Virus record (IMG/VR): IMGVR_UViG_3300037424_001372
Location: 268,837-324,744 of that record
Direction: 5' to 3' (one strand)
Origin: a virus
Taxonomy: Duplodnaviria > Heunggongvirae > Uroviricota > Caudoviricetes
DNA: 55,908 nt
Under the pieces are notes generated by a model. The model saw nothing but the letters and a program-made list of their open reading frames with translations, had not been told where the DNA came from and ran no database searches. The translations under genes and the position numbers were made by a program. Below, piece by piece: positions 48,868 to 55,908 of the stretch. How positions within the stretch are numbered: the stretch's first letter is position 1; each line of letters starts with the position of its first letter.

Positions 48868-49104
48868 TTAAATGTTTTCCATGATAGAATGAACCCTTTC
48901 TAAAAACACTATTGCATCATAAAGTTCTTTAACTGATTTGGCTTTATAATGCTTTTTAAGTTCTTCAAGGTTATCACCTAATTTACTGGTGATTTCATTT
49001 AGGGGCAAGAGATTGATTTCATTTTGTTCAATAGTTTCCTCAACAAGTTTGAATTTCTTTTTACTTGCACCTTGATGGTTTTTTCCGAATGATACGTTTT
49101 GCAT
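48868..49104 (-). CDS. hypothetical protein
   Basis: Intact ORF. Confidence 0.65.
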   Translation of the reverse strand: MQNVSFGKNHQGASKKKFKLVEETIEQNEINLLPLNEITSKLGDNLEELKKHYKAKSVKELYDAIVFLERVHSIMENI

Positions 49105-49122
49105 TGTTTATTTATTTTAGTT

Positions 49123-49731
49123 TTATTGACATTTATTGCCTTGCAATAACCCTTGTAAGTATTTTATAGCTGATTGGATCGTATCAGGATCAATATCACC
49201 TAATTTAACCTGAATCATATCTCCAAACATTTTCGATTCTGAGTCAAGTATGTAATTATTGTCATATGGCACATATGAATATTGAATTGATTCTGCAATA
49301 TGAATCATTTTGATGGTTTCAGATAAATCCATTTGAGCTATTGTTATAGCTATTTGTTTTATCTTCTCGACTTGCGTAAGAGATAAATCAAGTCTCTGTG
49401 TCGCTATTTTTAATAATAACTCGGATGAATCGCCAAGCTTTAATTCTGGTTTTAAGAATTGTAACGATTTTTCAATCCTATTAGAAATGTTTTCCAATGT
49501 TTGTATTTGGCCTTTTCTTTCATAAGATTGTGGTTTAACCATTTCAATTTTCATATCTCCGTCAGAAACAAAATTGTCAAACCAACCTTTACAGAACAAT
49601 TTAATTGTCTTATAATCATCAAAACAATTTTTATATTCTTTGTCGAAATAAACCGAAATTGAATATCCACCAGTCTTAGCGATTTCAATGCCACGAAACA
49701 AACCGCTATACTGACCAACTAAATTTTCCAT
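49123..49731 (-). CDS. ComM/YifB (Mg-chelatase-related) C-terminal-like protein, ATPase motifs degenerate
   Basis: LLKIATQRLDLS...KIKQIAITIAQMD...HIAESIQY resembles the Mg_chelatase_C consensus. Confidence 0.55.
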   Translation of the reverse strand: MENLVGQYSGLFRGIEIAKTGGYSISVYFDKEYKNCFDDYKTIKLFCKGWFDNFVSDGDMKIEMVKPQSYERKGQIQTLENISNRIEKSLQFLKPELKLGDSSELLLKIATQRLDLSLTQVEKIKQIAITIAQMDLSETIKMIHIAESIQYSYVPYDNNYILDSESKMFGDMIQVKLGDIDPDTIQSAIKYLQGLLQGNKCQ

Positions 49732-50083
49732 AATTTTATTTTTTTAAATGAAACCTGCTTACAACAAGCGTATTGAAAAACACTTGAATTAATAAAGTCA
49801 ATATTATTGAAGCTTCGTGTTTACAACTCGTTTTTCATGTAAATATTAGTACGAATTTCAATTTAAAAGGTTACGAAATAAAACAAAAAAAGCCCTCACC
49901 GAACCACCAGTGAGGGCAAACCAATTAAAAGTACACATCAACGCTCGTCAACCAATTAACGAAAAATTTTATATTTACAATATTTTATTAATTTTGTATT
50001 CTTTATCATTGGAATTAATCACTTTCCAAATAGTCCAAATTTATATGTTCGTGTGATTATAATACGAACCTAAATAATTTTTG

Positions 50084-50293
50084 TTACACAATATCCCATA
50101 TTTCTGGCAATCCTTTTTGAAGTGACCAAAACTCTCCAGTGAAGTCGCCAACTAAATAACCATCTTCGGTTTGTAGTTGTTTCTTTTCTTTATTAAAGAT
50201 AACATACTCATCCTCGGTGTAATATATATGTCTCAGCTTCTCACCTCTTTTTAAGGCTTGTTCTGCTTCTATGTGTGAATTGATATTAGCCAT
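50084..50293 (-). CDS. hypothetical protein
   Basis: Intact ORF. Confidence 0.7.
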   Translation of the reverse strand: MANINSHIEAEQALKRGEKLRHIYYTEDEYVIFNKEKKQLQTEDGYLVGDFTGEFWSLQKGLPEIWDIV

Positions 50294-50297
50294 TGTG

Positions 50298-50585
50298 TTA
50301 AGATTCTAATTCAAAAATACATTCAGCAATTAATGCTAATTCTGATTTGGTATCAATCCAATTAGCCACAGTTGCCTCATCATAACCAAAAGTCGAACAT
50401 GCATCAAAAATTTCAAGAATTGAGTAATCACCCAAATCAATTTCGGATTCATATAATTCAGTTTCTTTAGTAACTGGGTGAATGATTCTATCTTCTTTAA
50501 AAATAAATTTAGTTTCTGAAATATCTTTACGGTATTGGTTACAACTTGGGTCAGTACATATCCAACCAACAATATTTTTTGTCAT
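50298..50585 (-). CDS. hypothetical protein
   Basis: ORF behind the promoter motif at 50617-50642. Confidence 0.75.
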   Translation of the reverse strand: MTKNIVGWICTDPSCNQYRKDISETKFIFKEDRIIHPVTKETELYESEIDLGDYSILEIFDACSTFGYDEATVANWIDTKSELALIAECIFELES

Positions 50586-50652
50586 TGTGATGTTTTTAAT
50601 TGGTTTCTAATATTTATACGATTTTAAATTAAAACTGTTACAATTAAAACGA

Positions 50653-50695
50653 AAAATCCCTCACCCCTCATATCTTAATAGGGGAGAGGGATTTT
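50653..50695 (-). terminator. intrinsic terminator
   Basis: AAAATCCCTC...GAGGGATTTT stem. Confidence 0.7.
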
Positions 50696-50700
50696 AAATT

Positions 50701-50873
50701 AAACCAGTTAGGTAGTATTGTTTCGGCACGGTCAGCCCAAAGGCCATATTTATGGACAACATGGGATATCGCAGAGTGGCGGTGGCTGCTCAATTGCAGC
50801 TCATAGTGCCGATAGCGTAAATTGGCCGAAACATTCATATTTAACCTTGCAAGGATTTTCACCTGACTGGTTT
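50701..50873 (-). ncRNA. putative structured ncRNA
   Basis: GC-rich; 12-bp terminal stem, inner TGTTTCGGC/GCCGAAACA stem, GGTGAAAATCC T-loop-like motif. Confidence 0.6.
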
Positions 50874-51142
50874 AACCTTTTAAACCGGGAATATATTTAT
50901 TAATTAGTTAGTTTTACCTCGTGGGAGAACTTTTATTAAGTGCCGTCATAGCGCAGTAGCGTTGGTTAATAATTGATATGATATTTTATATTAATTAAAA
51001 ATTATAATTAGTTTACCTCGTGGGAGAACCTTTGTTTTGCGCAGTCATAGCGAATTACTTTTGGTTAACACTCATTATATGCCAATTACTTCGGGTTACT
51101 TGGTGGGTTAACGATTTATTATCGTTCCCTTGTGTATTCTTT

Positions 51143-51168
51143 TACGAAATTGAGTTGGAATTGTTACA
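51143..51168 (-). promoter_or_regulatory. phage promoter motif upstream of a non-coding unit
   Basis: TACGAA-N14-GTTACA. Confidence 0.75.
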
Positions 51169-51246
51169 AGTTCTTTAAATTAAATACTAATTTTTATCTT
51201 CCCACAAACACACCAATAAAAATCGTAAATAATTGCGACACTATGT

Positions 51247-51513
51247 TTAATTTCTAATCAATTCTTTCAATGAATAGTCTGGATAACAAATATCATCCCA
51301 TACATCAAGAACAACCAAATTAAAATGTAATGCCCCTGACATAGCCAAATCCCAAATAGCTTTATTGGTACAATCACCATTAATTTTAACCCAACCACAA
51401 TGAGGATAATACGCTTCACGTATTTTAGTTGGATTGTTTTTATAATTCCCCCTTACTTTTTCAAATGATATTTGGGATTCATCAACAGACTGAGAAAACG
51501 TTCCTCGTTCCAT
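51247..51513 (-). CDS. hypothetical protein
   Basis: Intact ORF. Confidence 0.7.
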   Translation of the reverse strand: MERGTFSQSVDESQISFEKVRGNYKNNPTKIREAYYPHCGWVKINGDCTNKAIWDLAMSGALHFNLVVLDVWDDICYPDYSLKELIRN

Positions 51514-51743
51514 AACAATGTGTTTTTATTATTGGTCATACGTTTCATTCATAGTCAGCCAACTCTCTTATTCTCGTTAGATATTTTATTATCGAAGATT
51601 AATTGTTTAGTTATTTCGACTTTTATTTAAAGACTCTTAATCTTCTGACCGTGAATGAACGTTTGTATGTATGATACGAACTTTAATTTAAAATGTTACT
51701 GGTTTATTCTCAAACGATTTTGATAATCGGTGGCATTGAAAAT

Positions 51744-52178
51744 TTATGCTTTTGAATTGACAAACTTAAACATGTTTTGAATATAGTTTTCAGCTTCTTC
51801 GGCAGTACCAATTATTTCTTTTTTATATTCACGAGTTTTGTAATAAGTACAAGCCTTAATTAAAATCTCAATAGCTTCAATGAGAATTGATTTGGTGATT
51901 GTCTTATACTTTTTATTCACCCAAATGTGGTCAGCAATTTCTTTGGCAGTACAATCATATGGTAAATTGGTGTTCCAATCTGATTCAATTGCAAATCCAA
52001 TGCCCATAGTACAAAACTTTGGAAAAGCTATAACAGACTGGTCTTTGGTTAGTTTAACCCTAAACACCCAATAATCTTTGTTAATTGGTGAGGTTATTAA
52101 AACCTTAATATTACCTGCTTGGAATGATGAGGTTATTTCTTTGAACTCATTTCGATATTCAAGTTCTAATTTTTTCAT
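51744..52178 (-). CDS. hypothetical protein
   Basis: ORF behind the promoter motif at 52210-52235; FPKFCTMGIGFA...WNTNLPY. Confidence 0.8.
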   Translation of the reverse strand: MKKLELEYRNEFKEITSSFQAGNIKVLITSPINKDYWVFRVKLTKDQSVIAFPKFCTMGIGFAIESDWNTNLPYDCTAKEIADHIWVNKKYKTITKSILIEAIEILIKACTYYKTREYKKEIIGTAEEAENYIQNMFKFVNSKA

Positions 52179-52308
52179 TGTAGCATATTTAATTGGTTTC
52201 TGATATTAATACGAACTTTAATTTAAAAGGTTACAAGATAAAACAAAAAAATCCCTTGGACACCACTCCAAGGGATTAAACCAATTAAACAACAATAGAA
52301 ATATAAAA

Positions 52309-52668
52309 CTAAGCAAATACAATCTCATCAAATATAGCAAATTGAATCAAAACATCGGAAGTTTCAGAATCAGAACATTCCATCATATCTTCAATACTTT
52401 CAAACTCGCCCCACTCCATTGTTTTTTCAACACCCTTTAAAAACTTCTCTTGTGTTAACTCCCATTGATCTGAACTATCGGTATCATAGAGGGTTAAACT
52501 TCCGCCCAAACCAATAACATCACTGGCCAAAGTTTCGTTATCATATTTGTCAGGGTCATTTATTTCGGCTCTCCAACACCAGTAGTTTATTCCACCTTCA
52601 AGTGCTCCAACCATTAAGTCAGAAATTTCTTCTGAACTAATTTCGTATTTTTTATTCGGTGTTATCAT
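52309..52668 (-). CDS. hypothetical protein
   Basis: GALEGGINYW...DVLIQFAIFDEIVFA pattern. Confidence 0.8.
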   Translation of the reverse strand: MITPNKKYEISSEEISDLMVGALEGGINYWCWRAEINDPDKYDNETLASDVIGLGGSLTLYDTDSSDQWELTQEKFLKGVEKTMEWGEFESIEDMMECSDSETSDVLIQFAIFDEIVFA

Positions 52669-52868
52669 GTTAATGGGTTATTTTCAGGGGTTTCCAATTC
52701 TTTGATTCTGTTAAGTAATACTTCAAGTTGTTTTTTTGCATGGTTGCTTTCAAACTTGCCAACAGTATTACTAGCAATATTAATACAATCTTCAATATAG
52801 TTTGTTTCAATTTTCATAATGCGTAGTTTAATTAGTTCTGATATTAATACGAAATTAAATCAGAATTG

Positions 52869-53051
52869 TTACAAAGGTTTTAATACTTCAACCAAAAATG
52901 TTGGTGGATAATAATCCAATTTACCTTTGGTGAATGAATATAATGGTTCATCCAATTTAATTTCATATCGAAAACCATCAGGTAATTCACCTTTAACATC
53001 TACAATAGTAGCTTCCTTACCAGTTAAACCAGCAATGGACGAACTAAGCAC
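52869..53051 (-). CDS. hypothetical protein (start uncertain)
   Basis: ORF lying between two promoter motifs. Confidence 0.45.
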   Translation of the reverse strand: MLSSSIAGLTGKEATIVDVKGELPDGFRYEIKLDEPLYSFTKGKLDYYPPTFLVEVLKPL

Positions 53052-53209
53052 AATACAACGTTCTCCAAAAGTTTATCTTTCAATATTTTGGAATCTTTTG
53101 CACATAATTCGATTAGTTTTTGACTTGCCATGATAGTGTGTTTTAATTGGTTTCTAATTATAATACGAAAAAACACCTGCAATGTTACAAGGGTTTTAAT
53201 CATTTTTAT

Positions 53210-53572
53210 TTAAAAAGCATAGGTAGATAGCTTTTCAATTCGTTCATCAATCCAATCGGTAGTGTCATCAAAATACAATCCCTCTCCTTCTGTTTTGTGT
53301 ACAATTGTACCATCTTTTTTTGTCAAGTAAATGTCGTACAAGTCCGAACCATTAACGAACATATAAACAAAACCTTTGAGCTTCGCACCATTAACATGGA
53401 ATCTTAACATGCGGACATTGCGCAAATTGTCAACAGTAAATGAAGTAGTACCCCAACACATAAACTTATGAATGTTGTTCATTTTAAGTTGCATCAAAGT
53501 TTCATTTGCATTCATTTCCCTGCAATTCTTTGTGATTGCTTCAAAATTGATTAATTCGCCTATTGCATTCAT
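53210..53572 (-). CDS. hypothetical protein
   Basis: FHVNGAKLKGFVY...NGSDLYDI...GLYFDD. Confidence 0.8.
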   Translation of the reverse strand: MNAIGELINFEAITKNCREMNANETLMQLKMNNIHKFMCWGTTSFTVDNLRNVRMLRFHVNGAKLKGFVYMFVNGSDLYDIYLTKKDGTIVHKTEGEGLYFDDTTDWIDERIEKLSTYAF

Positions 53573-53870
53573 GGTAGTAAATTTAATTGGTTTGTGTATA
53601 TAGTACGAAAAAACCCCTGTAAAGGTTACAGAGGTTTTAATTAAAATTTAATAATTCGTATATGAATTGGGTTACCTATCGACATCTTACCTATTAATGT
53701 ATTGGAAATTGACATTCTTGATGGATATTTGAATGAATTTAAGTCAATACCTCAACCAGTCAATTTATCGGTTAAATCATTATCATCAAGAACAGGTTCA
53801 ATCCAATTATTTCTTAATTGTAACGATTCGTCAGGCAATATGTTAAATGAAGTACAAATTAATTGATATT

Positions 53871-54212
53871 TCATTTCTTTACAATTTTAAAATTACGACT
53901 ACCTTGTTGAATTTCAAGCCTCATTGCTTTCAATAAAGCAGTATCGAATGTATAAACATAACCAACCCAATGCGATTTATTAATGACTTGGCTTTTAGTG
54001 GTGTTAACACCTTCTTTGTTGATGAATTGTTTTTGTTTGGTTTTTCTCCTAACCTTGGTCAGATTAATTGCTTTAACATATTTTTCATCCCGACCGTAAT
54101 AATGAGAACCACAACCATCAAAACTCCAACCACTTAAATTAGCTCTGCTTAACACACTATATTTAGTGTTAGCAACAACTTTACTTGGTGTGACTTTAAA
54201 TTTTAATTCCAT
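53871..54212 (-). CDS. basic hypothetical protein
   Basis: Intact ORF. Confidence 0.7.
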   Translation of the reverse strand: MELKFKVTPSKVVANTKYSVLSRANLSGWSFDGCGSHYYGRDEKYVKAINLTKVRRKTKQKQFINKEGVNTTKSQVINKSHWVGYVYTFDTALLKAMRLEIQQGSRNFKIVKK

Positions 54213-54217
54213 TGTTC

Positions 54218-54481
54218 TTATTCTTTAATTAAAATATATGACATATAAGTATCATTCACATTAATACAATCATCCTCATCAGTCGTTGAATAGTTCCAAT
54301 ATTCCATAAAATCACTAATCTCCATAATGGACATTAGATTCATTAAATGTGGATATTCATAGTTAAAATATTCCAAAAACTTTGCTTTACTATCGAAAAT
54401 TTGATTTTCAATTAAGTTACATGCTTTGCGTTCATCGTAACTAATTTCACTAATTTTAATTAAAACTATATAAGTTTTCAT
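54218..54481 (-). CDS. hypothetical protein
   Basis: ORF behind the promoter at 54512-54538. Confidence 0.7.
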   Translation of the reverse strand: MKTYIVLIKISEISYDERKACNLIENQIFDSKAKFLEYFNYEYPHLMNLMSIMEISDFMEYWNYSTTDEDDCINVNDTYMSYILIKE

Positions 54482-54556
54482 TGTAGTTCTTTAAATTGGT
54501 TCTGATTATAATACGAAAAACCCCTTATAAATGTTACAAGGGGTTTTAATTTAGAT

Positions 54557-54763
54557 TCAATCAATTCCAATTAAAAGAACTAGTTCATTCTCGTTGAATG
54601 GGTCAGATAACATAACATCATCATTATAACACTGGTTAATGAATGATGAATCAATTGCGAACATTCCACCTGAATCATTATGTTTAAAAATAGATAATTC
54701 CACAGGTAAATTGGTATCAGGGTCGATTACTGTAATCTCCTGAACATACTTTGCTGTTGTCAT
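54557..54763 (-). CDS. hypothetical protein
   Basis: Coupled ORF. Confidence 0.7.
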   Translation of the reverse strand: MTTAKYVQEITVIDPDTNLPVELSIFKHNDSGGMFAIDSSFINQCYNDDVMLSDPFNENELVLLIGID

Positions 54764-54978
54764 AGTCGTATAAATTCAATTATCATTGGTTCACTTAAAT
54801 CACGCTTAAAATCTTTATTGATAGTAAATTCATGCAGTTTGATTTCAGGTTTAACCCCTTCTTTCAACATTGATATTTCAATCTCTCTTAATGCTTCAAC
54901 CACCTGAACTGGATTAAGATTATGCCTAACCTTTAGTACATTATCTTTCATGTCAGTTATTAGGATATTCTTATTCAT
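54760..54978 (-). CDS. hypothetical protein
   Basis: ORF behind the promoter at 55006-55031. Confidence 0.7.
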   Translation of the reverse strand: MNKNILITDMKDNVLKVRHNLNPVQVVEALREIEISMLKEGVKPEIKLHEFTINKDFKRDLSEPMIIEFIRL

Positions 54979-55005
54979 TGGACATTGGTTTAGTACATTA
55001 TATAG

Positions 55006-55040
55006 TACGAAAAACCCCTGTAAAGGTTACAGGGGTTTTA
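55006..55040 (-). promoter_or_regulatory. fused terminator-promoter module
   Basis: AAAACCCCTGTAA-agg-TTACAGGGGTTTT hairpin containing the GTTACA box and abutting TACGAA. Confidence 0.8.
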
Positions 55041-55050
55041 ATTAAAAAAG

Positions 55051-55269
55051 TTAGACGTAATGAATGTCTTTATTGATACCACTGAAAGGTTCGTTCACTT
55101 CAATGTATTCAACATAAGTATCAATAGAACTTTCGGGTGATATACCTTCTTCATCAACTTGTTTTACCAATCCCTGCAAAACGTTCTCAACGATTTCTTT
55201 AATATCATCATCGCTTGTGATTTTTTCATTAAAGCGAATGTTCAATTCTAATTTTAATACTTGGCTCAT
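55051..55269 (-). CDS. hypothetical protein
   Basis: ORF behind the promoter at 55302-55327. Confidence 0.7.
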   Translation of the reverse strand: MSQVLKLELNIRFNEKITSDDDIKEIVENVLQGLVKQVDEEGISPESSIDTYVEYIEVNEPFSGINKDIHYV

Positions 55270-55346
55270 GGTTATATGATTTAATTGGTTTCTAAATATA
55301 ATACGAAAAACACTTGTAAATGTTACGGGGTTTTAATTAAAATTGA

Positions 55347-55721
55347 TTAGGGCCAAAGTTTTGATTCAATAATATCAATGGTGATTGGTTTTTTCATTTC
55401 ATTTAACAACATGTCATTATAAAACTTTTTCAAAGATTCGATAGTTTCACCTCCTCTACCAATTAATATCCCGGGTCTGGTTAATGTAATAACCACAGTG
55501 ATTTTATCACCACAATCATAAGTCACAAAATCTGTGATACCAAACATATGTACATCAATATGCATGTGATACACAGGGTCAGATTCGTATGCGCCATCAA
55601 AAAATATTCTAAAATATGATTTGATTCTTTTTTGGGTTATTGGAGATAATTTTTTTCTTTTCAGCTTAATGATGAAATTGTTTAATCTCCTTCGCCATTT
55701 GGGTAATCGTTTCCTTTTCAT
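55347..55721 (-). CDS. type II KH-domain protein resembling the ribosomal protein S3 KH domain
   Basis: ITLTRPGILIGRGGETIESLK...ITIDIIE matches the S3 TARPGIVIGKKG motif. Confidence 0.75.
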   Translation of the reverse strand: MKRKRLPKWRRRLNNFIIKLKRKKLSPITQKRIKSYFRIFFDGAYESDPVYHMHIDVHMFGITDFVTYDCGDKITVVITLTRPGILIGRGGETIESLKKFYNDMLLNEMKKPITIDIIESKLWP

Positions 55722-55753
55722 TGGTACATTGTATTAATTGGTTATATTTATAA

Positions 55754-55788
55754 TACGAAAACCCCTTGCGATTGTTACAAGGGGTTTT
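55754..55788 (-). promoter_or_regulatory. fused terminator-promoter module
   Basis: AAAACCCCTTG...CAAGGGGTTTT hairpin overlapping both promoter boxes. Confidence 0.8.
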
Positions 55789-55908
55789 AATTTAAATCAT
55801 TACAATATATACTCATCAGCAAAAGAAAAATACTCATACTCAGGAGTGACTACAATTGAATCCAATAAAGTCAATTCAATTGCTTCACAAGCTACTTTTA
55901 ACTTCTTA

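Noticed and set aside
50701-50873. Cobalamin riboswitch or SRP RNA
   Set aside because: Only the GGTGAAAATCC fragment matches; the B12-box and SRP helix-8 consensus could not be found by eye, and no regulated ORF follows.
1-55908. Integron integrase or other tyrosine recombinase in the window
   Set aside because: No ORF shows R-H-R-H/W-Y motifs of suitable size; the enzyme must lie elsewhere, if it exists.

Overview
A strongly AT-rich segment of a large (probably jumbo) lytic phage genome. The host is inferred to be Bacteroidota from the A-rich leaders without Shine-Dalgarno sites and the TAnnTT[C/T]G-like promoter boxes. About 100 mostly short genes run on the minus strand, apart from one plus-strand island at 30.3-34.1 kb. 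Recognisable products are rIIA and rIIB, a DUF6745-like protein, a truncated TnpB, a GNAT, an ART-like protein, an AEP/primase-like protein, an N-formylglutamate amidohydrolase, a truncated DNA methyltransferase, a ComM/YifB C-terminal-like protein, an S3-type KH protein, a 9-aa repeat protein, tRNA-Gln(UUG) and tRNA-Leu(UAA). Three layers of structure are not explained by the ORF track. (1) The strongest signal is an integron-like gene-cassette system. At least 14 single-gene units are each bounded by their own GTT-xxxxxx ... xxxxxx-AAC inverted ends and are separated by attC-like imperfect hairpins. The genes lie antisense to the attC polarity, several have N-termini encoded inside the attC, and no integrase is present in the window. 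(2) About 33 copies of one phage promoter motif (TGTAAC-N14-TTCGTA on the coding strand), several of them fused into intrinsic terminator hairpins. (3) ORF-free transcription units packed with structured RNAs, including tRNA-derived RNAs with very large inserts and a long-arm tRNA with an AAU anticodon. Family calls come from motif recognition by eye; no database searches were run.
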